A stretch of DNA of 64,000 nucleotides, taken from assembly GCA_963422685.1 (NCBI GenBank), contig OY730442.1, positions 2,695,847 to 2,759,846 on the forward strand, read 5' to 3'. The stretch is from Arenicellales bacterium. Its GTDB lineage: Bacteria; Pseudomonadota; Gammaproteobacteria; Arenicellales; Poriferihabitantaceae. Within the stretch, counting starts at the first letter, position 1; every line of letters starts with the position of its first letter. The translations under genes were made by a program, and so were the position numbers. The notes beneath the pieces are model-generated. The model was not told where the DNA came from, made no database searches, and saw nothing but the letters and a program-made list of their open reading frames with translations. Below are positions 9,520 to 21,628 of this stretch, piece after piece.

Positions 9520-10221
9520 TCAGTCCATTATCAGCCTGCGTTTCGTACTGCGGTGCTCAATCCAGCGGAAAAATCCGATAATAATCCCGGCCAGACAGAG
9601 GTATATCCCGGCAACCAGCAGCAATGGTTCATAAATCCGATAAGTTTCCTGGCGCACCATACTGCCCACGCCATAAACATCGAAAACCGTTATGGTTGCG
9701 GCCAAAGGTATGGATTTGAGCGTTAATATGAATTCCCCGGCCAGCGTCGGCAAAACATTTTGCACTGCCCGGGGAAACCAGATTCGCCATAACAGGGTAA
9801 ATGGATTCATACCAAATGCGCGAGCGGCCTCAAGCTCACCCTTGTTGACACTCTTAAATGCCCCGCGCATGACTTCCCCGGAATAACCGGCCACACTGAT
9901 GGTAAATGCAAACACCGCATAAGGAAATGCATCCCGCAGTGCCGGCCAGATAAAACTCTCGCGTATGCCCGGAATAAACGGAAATATTGAACCTAGCCCA
10001 TAATAGATCAACCAGAGTTGGATCAGTAGTGGAGTGCCCCGGACCACGGTGCAAAACCCTTGCGCGCATAACGCCAGCGCTTTTGGGCCAGTGACCTGCA
10101 CCAGACCTACCGGGGTGGCCAGAATCATGCCGAAGGTGATGGACAAAATCAATAATTTGATCGTAATCCACAGGCCCTCGACAAATTTCGGCGTATATTC
10201 GGCGACCCAATACCATTCCAT
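9520..10221 (-). CDS. Polar amino-acid ABC transporter permease (HisM-like)
   Basis: 233 aa, BPD_transp_1-type with the EAA loop region ...GELEAARAFGMNPFTLLWRIWFPRA... Confidence 0.85.
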   Translation of the reverse strand: MEWYWVAEYTPKFVEGLWITIKLLILSITFGMILATPVGLVQVTGPKALALCAQGFCTVVRGTPLLIQLWLIYYGLGSIFPFIPGIRESFIWPALRDAFPYAVFAFTISVAGYSGEVMRGAFKSVNKGELEAARAFGMNPFTLLWRIWFPRAVQNVLPTLAGEFILTLKSIPLAATITVFDVYGVGSMVRQETYRIYEPLLLVAGIYLCLAGIIIGFFRWIEHRSTKRRLIMD

Positions 10222-10245
10222 AGCGAACAGACCTGCCGGAAAGTG

Positions 10246-10983
10246 CTATACAAGATCGGGCTGGCCACGTCGATATCGACGTTCCAGCAATCGGAACAAC
10301 GCATTGGAAATCAGGCTGACGCATAGATAAATACATCCAGCCGCCAGATAAAACATCAGATATTCTTTGGTCGCACCGGCCGCCTGCCGGGTGGTCAGGG
10401 CCAGCTCGCTCAGGCCGACCACGGCCAGCAGCGCAGTATCTTTGGTGACGATCAACCACAGATTGGCAAGGCCAGGTAACGCCAGTGGAATCATGGCGGG
10501 GATGATGATGCGGCGGTGTCTGGTCAGCCAAGACATGCCGCAGGCTTTGGCTGCTTCAATTTGCCCCACAGGCACCGCCAGCATTGCCCCGCGTATGACT
10601 TCTATGGAATACGCGCCTTGCACGAAACCCAGTACGTAGATTCCGGCCACCAGGGCATTGATATCCACCCGCGCATACCCTAGGGATTCCAATACCCCAT
10701 TCAACAAATCCGGTCCGGCATAAAACAGCAATAGAATCAGCACCAGTTCGGGTATGGCACGGCCGAGCGTGGTATAGATTTCAAATGACCAGCGCAGGAT
10801 TGGCCCGCCGTAAATTTTACCGAGTGCGCCACTCAGTCCAATCAACAGGCCAAGTGCATACGCACCGAACGCAATTTGCAGACTCAAACCCAGTCCTTGC
10901 AATAAATTGCCGCCCCACCCCGGCGGCGAAAAGGCGAGTAAATCCAGTCCTGAAGGCGTCACGGTAAAACCGGCCCAAGACAA
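10246..10983 (-). CDS. Polar amino-acid ABC transporter permease (HisQ-like)
   Basis: 245 aa with ...GQIEAAKACGMSWLTRHRRIIIPAM... (EAA motif). Adjacent to its sister permease. Confidence 0.85.
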   Translation of the reverse strand: MSWAGFTVTPSGLDLLAFSPPGWGGNLLQGLGLSLQIAFGAYALGLLIGLSGALGKIYGGPILRWSFEIYTTLGRAIPELVLILLLFYAGPDLLNGVLESLGYARVDINALVAGIYVLGFVQGAYSIEVIRGAMLAVPVGQIEAAKACGMSWLTRHRRIIIPAMIPLALPGLANLWLIVTKDTALLAVVGLSELALTTRQAAGATKEYLMFYLAAGCIYLCVSLISNALFRLLERRYRRGQPDLV

Positions 10984-11091
10984 AACCCAGCCTGTGAGCT
11001 ATTCAAGGCAGGCAGGATTTGCAGGGTTGAACCGGAACGATCATGCGCATTAACAATGACCGCTCCGGCCCAATCAATATAAGTTAATAAA

Positions 11092-11877
11092 TTATTCTCC
11101 GCCGTAAATGTCGAAGTTAAAATATCTCTCCGAAATGGCGTTGAAGGTACCGTCAGCGCGAATCTGCGCGATAGCCGCATTAAATCGCGCTTTCAGCTCG
11201 GTATCTTCCTTACGCATCCCGCCGCCAACACCCGGGCCAAACACCGCAACGTCGTTGAGTTCTCCGGCGATTTCACAACAGGCGCCGCTTTCACTATTGA
11301 GGAACGGCTGCATGGCCAGCGAATCACCCACCACCGCGTCCACCCGGCCGGCCACCAAATCCTGGTTATGCTCATCAAAAGTTGCATAGGTTTTCAGGCT
11401 CGCCGCCGTATCGGCATAATGCTTGGAAACATAGTTTTCATGGGTAGTAGAGACCTGTACACCGACAATCTTTCCGCTCACACTGGCGGGTGAACCATCA
11501 ATGCCGGCGCCTTTTGGCGCCACGATTACCGCAGGGGTGTTGTAGTATTTGTCCGAAAAATCGATGGTTTTCATGCGCTCCTCAGTGATCGACATGGACG
11601 ACACGATCACATCGAATTTTTTCGCCATCAGCGCCGGAATGATGCCATCCCACGCCACTTCGACCCACTCACACTGCTCGCCCATTGCGGCGCAGATTGC
11701 GTCAGCGATTTCAATCTCCCAGCCTTCCCATACACCGGACGCATTCTTTTCCGCAAACGGAGGATAGGGTTCAGCCGCAACACCCAGCTTAAGCGCGTAG
11801 GCATTCGAACCGAGCAAGCAGACCGCAAGCACGGCCCCGATCATTAACCGGGTAAAATTTTTCATAGTCGTTCTCAT
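11092..11877 (-). CDS. Periplasmic amino-acid-binding protein (SBP family 3)
   Basis: 261 aa with a signal peptide (MKNFTRLMIGAVLAVCLLGSNAYA) and a PBP2-type body (...DVIVSSMSITEERMKTIDFSDKYY...). The start may be the second ATG. Confidence 0.85.
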   Translation of the reverse strand: MRTTMKNFTRLMIGAVLAVCLLGSNAYALKLGVAAEPYPPFAEKNASGVWEGWEIEIADAICAAMGEQCEWVEVAWDGIIPALMAKKFDVIVSSMSITEERMKTIDFSDKYYNTPAVIVAPKGAGIDGSPASVSGKIVGVQVSTTHENYVSKHYADTAASLKTYATFDEHNQDLVAGRVDAVVGDSLAMQPFLNSESGACCEIAGELNDVAVFGPGVGGGMRKEDTELKARFNAAIAQIRADGTFNAISERYFNFDIYGGE

Positions 11878-11942
11878 GTTGAATAGTTTTAAATTAAAGT
11901 GTTAAAAAATCCGCGTTGATTAAATTTGATCAAAACCGGAAT

Positions 11943-12761
11943 CTAACCAACCGAGCGTACAAAATTGCGGCAGCGCTCGCTTTCCGCTTCCTTGAATACC
12001 CGCTGCGGCGATCCTTCTTCTTCCACTCGACCATTATGCAGGAATATCACATGGGATGAAACATTGCCGGCAAAATTCATCTCATGGGTTACCATAATCA
12101 TGGTTCGACCTTCTTCCGCCAGGTCGCGAATCACCTTGAGCACCTCGCCCACAAGCTCGGGGTCCAGCGCCGAAGTCGGCTCATCAAACAACAATGCGCT
12201 CGGTTCAATGGCCAGCGCCCGGGCGATGGCCACCCGTTGCTGCTGCCCGCCGGAAAGCACTGCCGGATACTGATTGCGTTTTTCCCATAACCCGACTTTT
12301 TGCAAAAGCGCATCGGCGCGTTCGATGGCTTCGCTTTTTTTAAGTTTTAAAACATGCACCGGCGCTTCGATTACATTCTGCAAAACAGTCATGTGCTCCC
12401 ACAGATTGAAACCCTGAAACACCATGCCAAGCTGGGTACGAATACGTTCGATCTGACGCATATTTACCGGCACCAGATCGCCGGTTTTGCTTTTCCTGAA
12501 TTCCAGTAATTCGCCATTGATCGAGATATTGCCCGAGGTTGGATTCTCCAAAAGATTAAGACATCGCAAAAAAGTGCTTTTCCCGGAACCGCTTGCGCCA
12601 ATGATAGACACCACATCACCCTCCCGGGCTCGCAGCGATACCCCTTTAATCACCTCAAGCGAACCAAATGATTTGTAGAGATCATTCACTTCAATCGTAG
12701 CAGTGGCTTCAATAGTAGCAGTGGATGCCGCAGCATCTTTGGTATCGTTCACAGCGCTCAT
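11943..12761 (-). CDS. Polar amino-acid ABC transporter ATP-binding protein (HisP-like)
   Basis: Walker A GASGSGKST, signature LSGGQQQRVAIARAL, Walker B LLFDEPTSALD, H-loop MVTHEM. Confidence 0.9.
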   Translation of the reverse strand: MSAVNDTKDAAASTATIEATATIEVNDLYKSFGSLEVIKGVSLRAREGDVVSIIGASGSGKSTFLRCLNLLENPTSGNISINGELLEFRKSKTGDLVPVNMRQIERIRTQLGMVFQGFNLWEHMTVLQNVIEAPVHVLKLKKSEAIERADALLQKVGLWEKRNQYPAVLSGGQQQRVAIARALAIEPSALLFDEPTSALDPELVGEVLKVIRDLAEEGRTMIMVTHEMNFAGNVSSHVIFLHNGRVEEEGSPQRVFKEAESERCRNFVRSVG

Positions 12762-12985
12762 TGGTCTTTATGGTCGGGCCTTGACGGTTGGCATTATACG
12801 GCTGGTTTAATGCAATACCGAAACATTTTTCACCCACCGCATTCCCCAGGGGCGCGATGCGTCGGGTTGCTGCACGATTTTGCAATATCAAACAGGAATT
12901 GTGGTGGCCTGAATGCACGGCGGGTTACAATCACCTGATTGATACGCTGTATTTCCGATTCACGTTTTGCCGGGAAGAACCTGAG

Positions 12986-14935
<1,950 letters not shown>

Positions 14936-14960
14936 ATATGAACCGTATACAGACAGAGAA

Positions 14961-16151
14961 ATGATCATGCAGAAAAAACAGGTTGTGGTGGCGAGTGGTG
15001 TGCGCACAGCGGTTGGCAGTTTTGGCGGTAGTTTAAAAAATCACAGTCCGGCCCAACTCGGCGCGGCGGTGGTTGCCGAAGCGGTTAGGCGCGTCGGCAT
15101 CAATGGGCAAGCCGTAGGCCACTGCGTCATCGGCCAAGTCATTCATACCGAAGCGCAGGATATGTACCTGTCCCGGGTGGTCGCGCTGCGCGGCGGGCTG
15201 CACCATAAAACGCCGGCGGTAACGGTTAATCGATTGTGCGGCAGCGGGATGCAGGCCATCGTTACCGCGGCCCAGCAAATACAACTGGGGATGTGTCATA
15301 CCGCAGTAGCGGGCGGCGTTGAAGTGATGAGCAGGGGCGGGTATGTGGCCACTGGCGCACGTTTCGGCAATCGTCTGGGCGATGGGAAATTGATCGACAT
15401 GATGCTGTCTGCGCTGCATTGCCCCATTGAACATTGCCATATGGGAATTACCGCAGAAAATATCGCGGAAAAGTGGGATATCAGTCGTGCGCAGCAGGAT
15501 GAACTTGCCCTGGTCAGTCATCAGCGCGCCCAGAATGCAATCGAACAGGGTTATTTCAAGTCGCAAATTTTGCCCATCGAAGTCAAATCCGGCAGGGACA
15601 GCATAATGTTTGCCCGGGACGAACACGTTCGCTTCGACGCCAGACTGGAAGATATGGCAAAACTGAAACCGGTATTCAAGCAGGACGGCACGGTTACCGC
15701 AGGCAATGCTTCCGGTATTAACGATGGCGCGGCGGCGGTGGTATTGATGGATAGTGAACACTGTGAATCTTTGCAGATAAAAGCCCGGGCGAAATTGATC
15801 AAATACGCTTATGCCGGGGTTGAACCCGGATACATGGGTATCGGGCCGGTGCCGGCGGTTGAAAACCTGTTTGCAGAAACTGAATTTTCGGTCAGGGATA
15901 TTGATGTCTGGGAAGTCAACGAGGCATTCGCCGCCCAGGCAATTGCGGTAGCGCGGGAGCTTGACATTCCTGCGGATAAACTGAATCCCAATGGCAGCGG
16001 CATCTCGCTGGGGCATCCGATAGGCGCAACCGGCGTGGTGATAACAGAAAAAGCCCTTTCCGAACTTGAGCGCACCGGCGGAAAATATGCGGTGGTCACC
16101 ATGTGTATCGGCGGCGGTCAGGGCATCGCGGCACTGTTTGAAAAAATCTGA
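14961..16151 (+). CDS. Acetyl-CoA C-acetyltransferase (thiolase II)
   Basis: 396 aa: VVVASGVRTAVGSFGGSLK, active-site NRLCGSGMQA, C-terminal ...NGSGISLGHPIGATG...CIGGGQGIA. Confidence 0.92.
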   Translation: MIMQKKQVVVASGVRTAVGSFGGSLKNHSPAQLGAAVVAEAVRRVGINGQAVGHCVIGQVIHTEAQDMYLSRVVALRGGLHHKTPAVTVNRLCGSGMQAIVTAAQQIQLGMCHTAVAGGVEVMSRGGYVATGARFGNRLGDGKLIDMMLSALHCPIEHCHMGITAENIAEKWDISRAQQDELALVSHQRAQNAIEQGYFKSQILPIEVKSGRDSIMFARDEHVRFDARLEDMAKLKPVFKQDGTVTAGNASGINDGAAAVVLMDSEHCESLQIKARAKLIKYAYAGVEPGYMGIGPVPAVENLFAETEFSVRDIDVWEVNEAFAAQAIAVARELDIPADKLNPNGSGISLGHPIGATGVVITEKALSELERTGGKYAVVTMCIGGGQGIAALFEKI

Positions 16152-16393
16152 AAATCTTCTGAAAATTCAGCCCGGGCACTCAATGGATTGCGGGCGCCTG
16201 AGCTTGCCCGGGTGATCGTAGGGGCCAATCCATTGAATCTTCCCCGCACGCAATTGAATATAATAAGGCGCCGTCCATTCATGGCGCGGATAACCAGGAG
16301 GTGCCCGGAAACATTCCCGGCTATAGTGCGGGTGAACGGGATGCACTGCCACAACAGGATATTATTTAGACAGCAGAAAAAGGCCTGACCATT

Positions 16394-17380
16394 ATGATTT
16401 TTGGAAAGAAACCCAAACCACAGACGACTTGCAGCCAAACCAGTACAACGACATCGGCGACGGACCGGCAAAGTATGGAAAACACGCGCATACTGTCCAG
16501 TCTGGCCCGGGATTACCTCAAAGAGAAAAAATCTCGGCGACGCTGGGGGCTATTCATAAAATTACTCGTACTGGGTTATATCATCGCCACAACCGTAGCC
16601 TACTTTGTCACCACCGACGAAATTATTTCCAGAGAACACACCGCAGTTGTGGAATTAACGGGCATTATTGGCGCGGACGCGGTATCGGCCAGCTCGATAA
16701 ACCGAAGTTTGACGAATGCTTTTGCCGCCGAATCTTCGGTTGCCGTGATTCTCAAAATCAACAGCCCGGGCGGGACGCCGGTACAAGCCGCGCAAATTAA
16801 TGCAGAAATTGGCCGCCTGAAGCGCCTCTATCCAGACAAACCGGTGTATGCCGCCATCACCGACATCTGCGCATCGGGCGGGTATTATATTGCGGTGGCT
16901 GCTGACCAGATTTTTGCCCATCCTGCGAGTATTATCGGTTCGATTGGCGTGCTGATGAATGGTTTTGGATTCGTTGAGGCAATGGACAAACTGGGAGTTG
17001 AGCGCAGACTGATTACGGCGGGAGAGAATAAAGGGATTCTCGACCCGTTCAGTCCGGTTTCACTGGCCCACGAATTACACGTAAAATCGGTACTGAATGA
17101 TGTTCATCAACAATTTATCGATGCGGTCAAGCAGGGAAGAGGGGCGCGTTTAAAAGATGATCCTGAATTATTCAGCGGATTATTCTGGAGCGGTGAAAAA
17201 GCCAGGAAATTAGGTTTGATTGACCAGTTCGGCAGCGCAAAACAAATTGCGCACGAGATCATCGGTGCAGAAAAGCTGGTTGATTACAGCTATCACCCAT
17301 CATTTATCGATTTATTTGCGCAAGGAATCGGGGCGTCCATCTCGAATACCATTATGGGCCGTGCTTTGCAGATACAGTGA
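16394..17380 (+). CDS. sppA: Signal peptide peptidase SppA, 36K type (S49 family)
   Basis: N-terminal TM (WGLFIKLLVLGYIIATTVAYFV), INSPGG, and ASGGYYIA carrying the catalytic Ser. The exact start is uncertain. Confidence 0.8.
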   Translation: MIFGKKPKPQTTCSQTSTTTSATDRQSMENTRILSSLARDYLKEKKSRRRWGLFIKLLVLGYIIATTVAYFVTTDEIISREHTAVVELTGIIGADAVSASSINRSLTNAFAAESSVAVILKINSPGGTPVQAAQINAEIGRLKRLYPDKPVYAAITDICASGGYYIAVAADQIFAHPASIIGSIGVLMNGFGFVEAMDKLGVERRLITAGENKGILDPFSPVSLAHELHVKSVLNDVHQQFIDAVKQGRGARLKDDPELFSGLFWSGEKARKLGLIDQFGSAKQIAHEIIGAEKLVDYSYHPSFIDLFAQGIGASISNTIMGRALQIQ

Positions 17381-17451
17381 TAGTTATATTCAAGTCATAC
17401 TTTTAAATTAGATTTTAACTATTTGATTTTCATTTTTCTTTTCTTAAATAT

Positions 17452-18612
17452 ATGACCGAAACAGAAAAAATCCTGGGCAAATTAATCGCTTATCCCACCG
17501 TCAGCCGGGACAGCAATCTGGAATTGATCCAATATATTGCGTCATATTTATATGGATTTGGCATCCAATCCGAGCTGACCTATAACGATGAAAAAACCAA
17601 GGCGAATTTATACGCCGTGTTTGGGCCCGGCAAGACCGGCGGGGTGATGTTATCCGGGCATTCTGATGTAGTGCCGACGGATGGACAGGATTGGACAGTG
17701 GAGCCATTTGCATTGCTGCACAGGGAAGACCGGTTATATGGGCGAGGTACAACAGACATGAAGGGGTTTATCGCGTCGGTTTTAGCCATGGTGCCCGCAG
17801 CCCTGGCACGTAATTTGACTCATCCTGTCCACCTGGCGTTTTCCTACGATGAAGAAATCGGTTGTGTTGGGGTTGGTCGGATGATTGAACTGCTTGCATC
17901 TGCACAGCAGCGGCCGGGTTTTTGTATCATTGGCGAACCAACGTCGTTACAGGTGGCCATCGCGCACAAAGGGAAAACCGGTGCTGTTTGTAGATGCCAC
18001 GGCGTTGAAGCGCATTCTGCTCTAGCAGCCAGTGGGTTAAATGCCATTTATCTGGCCACAGAAATGATAAACGCAATCCGCGATATTCAGCAGGGCCTCA
18101 TCGTCAACGGTATGCACGATGAGGACTTTGGTGTGCCGTATTCGACCCTCCATGTGGGCATTATTGAGGGTGGTACGGCATTGAACATTATTCCCAATGC
18201 GTGTGAATTTAAATTTGAAATCAGAAATTTGAAATCAGATGATCCGATGGCGATCATGGCGCGCGTGCGCACAGCGGGTAAGCGCATTGCAGACCGCTAC
18301 AAGGCTGATTTTCCCCGGGCAGGCATCGATATTGAAATATTCAATCAATACCCGGCGTTAGATACCGCAGCGGACGCGGAGGTTGTCGGTTTTGTCCAGG
18401 GACTGGTGGAAAACAAACCGCCGGTCAAACTGGATTTCGGAACAGAGGGAGGGTTGTTCCAGACGCGGTTGAATGTGCCCACAGTGGTATGCGGCCCAGG
18501 GTCAATGCGGCAGGGCCATAAGCCAGACGAGTTTATTTTGCAATCCGAGCTTGAACGCTGTGACAGGTTTTTGGCGGCTTTATTGGACCGGCTTTCTGAT
18601 CAGGGCCGGTAA
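17452..18612 (+). CDS. argE: Acetylornithine deacetylase-type M20 peptidase
   Basis: 386 aa: LIAYPTVSRDSNLELIQYI..., SGHSDVVP, RGTTDMKG, and the ...GEPT... metal ligand pattern of the ArgE/DapE family. Confidence 0.75.
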   Translation: MTETEKILGKLIAYPTVSRDSNLELIQYIASYLYGFGIQSELTYNDEKTKANLYAVFGPGKTGGVMLSGHSDVVPTDGQDWTVEPFALLHREDRLYGRGTTDMKGFIASVLAMVPAALARNLTHPVHLAFSYDEEIGCVGVGRMIELLASAQQRPGFCIIGEPTSLQVAIAHKGKTGAVCRCHGVEAHSALAASGLNAIYLATEMINAIRDIQQGLIVNGMHDEDFGVPYSTLHVGIIEGGTALNIIPNACEFKFEIRNLKSDDPMAIMARVRTAGKRIADRYKADFPRAGIDIEIFNQYPALDTAADAEVVGFVQGLVENKPPVKLDFGTEGGLFQTRLNVPTVVCGPGSMRQGHKPDEFILQSELERCDRFLAALLDRLSDQGR

Positions 18613-19301
18613 CCGAAAATAAAAGAATCCCCGATATAGACGAGATTATTGACGCGCTATTGTTGGCGCATCATCTGGTTGAGGTGAGCCGCCAGTTTAA
18701 TGCTGTGGTCAGTCAATCCGAAGTTGATGCCATTGCATTGAGTACGTATTGTGGTGCTGCGTTGACTTGATTTAGGGCCAACTGAAAGATGATCTGGTCG
18801 AAAATTGTCTATTCCAGTGATGACTGGTGGGCGGCTTAACCAGATTTCTAAAGGTTCTGAGTCCTCATTACCATTGGATGTTACCCCAGGGCTGGAAAAT
18901 CCGGACGCCATCGGCCCGCACTTTGCGACCACCGCCATCCTTATCCACGCTGCCGACGCAGTTGGATTGGGTCAGTAAATGGCTGGGTTAAAGAGTCGGA
19001 TAACAGGCTTGATGCTGAAATATATGCCACGTCGTGAGTGATGGGTTATCTGAATGCGATGGAGAAAGATCGCGATCAGCACTTCGGCGATGCGATGCAG
19101 GATTTATCAACCCCGGGAATTGAATCGCCAATGGCTGAATCACCATAAGGGCGCCGGTATGCCGGATATCTTGGCGCAGGGATTGGGCGATAGCGCGAAG
19201 ACTGGAAAATTCTGGTTGGCTGTCAAAGATTGCAGGGCAGAACGGGAGATTGGCAGGCGGTTAAATCCTGCAATGCGCAGAGGTTGTTGAATATGGATCG
19301 C

Positions 19302-19979
19302 TCACAGGTCGCCGGGCACGCCATAAGAAGGCGCACCAATCGGGTTAATCGCACGGGTCAGATAATCCTGCATCTGCGGTTGGTAGCGTGTCCAGATTTC
19401 CCGCAAACCAACCACCGCACAGGTATCGTGCCAGTCCACCCGCAAGTCCACCAACGGGAAAGGCTGTTTATCTACCACCAGCAGCGCCGCAGAATGTACC
19501 TCGCCCTGTTCACCACCGGCGTCCAGACCGGCTTGCAGTGCATTCAGTAATCGCTCGGCAAGATGGCAGTGGGTATGGGCTGTGAATGCCGCCGTCATGG
19601 CATCCGGCACGCCCTGATGCGATAACAGATTGCCCGCTGCGAGGCAATTTTTTTGCGTTGACTGAGAATGGATACCGAGAATATTGTCACCCGTGTGGCA
19701 GGCGATGTTGCCGGCATTATCTATCACCGCAAGTTGTCGAAATTCACCATGCTGCAAGCCATCCAACACCGCTGCCAGAGCCTGATTTGCGGATTTGCCC
19801 AGGGCCAGTTGATCCAGCAATGCCGGGCCCAGTGCGGGGTCGGTTATATTCTGGGTCGCCGCCGCACCCACCCCCGCTCTGGCATGGGGGCAGCGAGCAC
19901 CAACGCAAATACTTGAGGTGGTGATGGCTACTCCGAACATTCCTGTTTGTTCGCACCGACCAATGATTGAAAATGTCAC
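19302..19979 (-). CDS. DUF1028-family (Ntn-hydrolase-like) protein
   Basis: The N-terminus MTFSIIGRCEQTGMFGVAITTSS...ATQNITDPALGP is typical of DUF1028 (N-terminal MTFSI...). 225 aa. Confidence 0.65.
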   Translation of the reverse strand: MTFSIIGRCEQTGMFGVAITTSSICVGARCPHARAGVGAAATQNITDPALGPALLDQLALGKSANQALAAVLDGLQHGEFRQLAVIDNAGNIACHTGDNILGIHSQSTQKNCLAAGNLLSHQGVPDAMTAAFTAHTHCHLAERLLNALQAGLDAGGEQGEVHSAALLVVDKQPFPLVDLRVDWHDTCAVVGLREIWTRYQPQMQDYLTRAINPIGAPSYGVPGDL

Positions 19980-19983
19980 AGGA

Positions 19984-20403
19984 TCAGCTTGCAGGAATGA
20001 CTGCGGTGACTTCGATTTCCATCAGCCATTCCGGCCGGGCCAGTCCACTGACGATTAACCCAGTAGAAACCGGGTAGACGCCTTTCAACCATTTGCCGAT
20101 GGCCTGATAGACGTCATCGCGATAACGGCGGTCGGTAATATAAACCTGTATCCGGCAAATATGGCTGAGCTCTGAACCTGCTTCCAGCAGCAATTGTTCC
20201 ACATTTTTCATGGCTTGATCGGCCTGGCTGTAAGCATCCGCATCGACCAGGCTTGCAAACCTGTCAATTTCCTGACCGACTTGACCGCGCACAAAAACCA
20301 GGGTGCCGCTGGCTTTAACCAACTGGCACAAATCGTTATCCAGGTTTTGATCCGGGTAGGTCTGTTTGGTATTGAATTTACGGTAACGCTGATGTGTCGT
20401 CAT
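19984..20403 (-). CDS. RidA/YjgF/UK114 family (reactive enamine/imine deaminase-like)
   Basis: 139 aa with ...VFVRGQVG... and ...ARPEWLMEIEVTAV... at the C-terminus, typical of the RidA fold. Confidence 0.7.
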   Translation of the reverse strand: MTTHQRYRKFNTKQTYPDQNLDNDLCQLVKASGTLVFVRGQVGQEIDRFASLVDADAYSQADQAMKNVEQLLLEAGSELSHICRIQVYITDRRYRDDVYQAIGKWLKGVYPVSTGLIVSGLARPEWLMEIEVTAVIPAS

Positions 20404-20470
20404 ATTAATTACCCGAATAATTACCAGGATATCGGAGCGAAAAAATCGGTAATCGAATCAGCATAGGGCA

Positions 20471-21628
20471 TCACAGCGCCTTGCCATAAAGGTTTCGCGC
20501 CAGATACTGGGTGAACTCATGATTCTGCTGTTCAAGCCAGCACAACGGGCCAGGGCCGGACAAGGGGGAATGAACGCCTTTATACAGGCCCTCAATAACG
20601 AACCGATCTTCCTCATTGACCTGATCGAGGATGTCGCTGACCTCATTGATTAAAGTCTGCTTGTCTGCCGTGGCCGCCAGTACTTCCGGTGCTATCGCCG
20701 CGCCATACCGGATGTAAATCTGCCCGGTACCTTTCGGCTGTATCGAGATATACCACAGGTGGTCGGGCGCAAGAATATAAAAATGGTTTGGGAAAACGCC
20801 GATTAGAAAGGAAGTATTTCGCTGCTCCCCGGCCAGGTGCCGGTTATCTTCATGCGCCCGCCCGATGCGTGCGCCATAGGACTTGGTGAAAGTCTGGTAG
20901 GTAAAAGCCCGGTTCGGCGGATTTTCCGAAAATCGTGTTTCATCCACCGTCAAATGTTTGCCTACCGTGGTGCTGTGGGTAACGGGTAAATGATAGCCTT
21001 CAATAAAATTTTCTACCAATTGCTTCCAGTTCCCGGTCCAGACATAATCCTGTTGCACCACATTGACGTAGTCGGACATTCTATATTCGTGAACAATGTC
21101 ATACAGTTCTTGCAACTGGTCCTGCACCGGCGCGATATCCTGGTCCAAGGTGACATAAACCCAACCTTCCCAGACTTCACAACGAATTTCAGGCAAGACA
21201 AAATCTTTGACATTAAAACGGGGATTGTCGTGCATATGCGGTGCGCCGATCAGACGGCCCTGTATATCGTAGGTCCAGCCGTGATAGGGGCAGATGATTT
21301 TTTCACAGCTCCCCGAGTTTTCAAGCAGCCGCATCATACGGTGCAGGCAGACATTCGAAAATGCAGAAATCTCCCCGGATTTCTGGCGCATCACCGTAAC
21401 GGGCTGATACGCAAGGTGATGAGTCAGATAGTCACCCGGATTCGGGATTGAATCGGCCCGCCCGGCGCAGACCCATTGTTTGTAAAATATTTCCTTTTCT
21501 TCCAGGCGCAGGAATGCTTCCGAGGTATAGACTTCTTTTGGCAATCCGCTGGCCTGATTCAGCGGTTTTTCAGATAAATCCTTCAATTTATCCAGCAAAT
21601 CATCAAGTTGTGGTGACTTGTCCGACAT
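20471..21628 (-). CDS. Rieske [2Fe-2S] non-haem iron oxygenase, alpha subunit (GbcA/CntA/Stc2-like class)
   Basis: Rieske motif CLHRMMRL...CPYHGWTYD, and a catalytic domain with EGYHLPVTH. No reductase or beta subunit is adjacent. Confidence 0.8.
   Translation of the reverse strand: MSDKSPQLDDLLDKLKDLSEKPLNQASGLPKEVYTSEAFLRLEEKEIFYKQWVCAGRADSIPNPGDYLTHHLAYQPVTVMRQKSGEISAFSNVCLHRMMRLLENSGSCEKIICPYHGWTYDIQGRLIGAPHMHDNPRFNVKDFVLPEIRCEVWEGWVYVTLDQDIAPVQDQLQELYDIVHEYRMSDYVNVVQQDYVWTGNWKQLVENFIEGYHLPVTHSTTVGKHLTVDETRFSENPPNRAFTYQTFTKSYGARIGRAHEDNRHLAGEQRNTSFLIGVFPNHFYILAPDHLWYISIQPKGTGQIYIRYGAAIAPEVLAATADKQTLINEVSDILDQVNEEDRFVIEGLYKGVHSPLSGPGPLCWLEQQNHEFTQYLARNLYGKAL

Noticed and set aside
9854-10531. 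225-aa minus-strand ORF spanning the junction of the two amino-acid permease genes
   Set aside because: It is an alternative frame of two clearly homologous permease genes. Its low-complexity Arg/Pro/Gly sequence is not a plausible protein.
12788-12985. N-terminal 66-aa extension of the acetoacetyl-CoA synthetase ORF
   Set aside because: The extension (MALYGWFNAIPKHF...) has no counterpart in the family and would start only 27 nt from the divergent ABC ATPase gene. The TTG at 12986 with an upstream GGAAGA is preferred.
15033-16016. 327-aa minus-strand ORF
   Set aside because: It lies entirely antisense to the well-supported thiolase gene. Its composition is Arg/Pro/Gly-rich and typical of a shadow frame, and it shows no family motifs.
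16171-16212. Inverted repeat CCCGGGCA-N26-TGCCCGGG downstream of the thiolase gene
   Set aside because: The loop is too long and there is no U-tract, so it is not a canonical intrinsic terminator. It could be a protein-binding site or chance.
18613-19301. A 690-nt stretch with only short ORFs (93 aa minus strand, 78 aa plus strand). Plus-strand frames give protein-like runs, for example IIDALLLAHHLVEVSRQFNAVVSQSEVDAIALSTYCGAALT* and NPDAIGPHFATTAILIHAADAVGLGQ*.
   Set aside because: It may be a decayed gene, but I cannot assign a family or a continuous frame. It is left uncalled. A BLASTX of this stretch would settle it.
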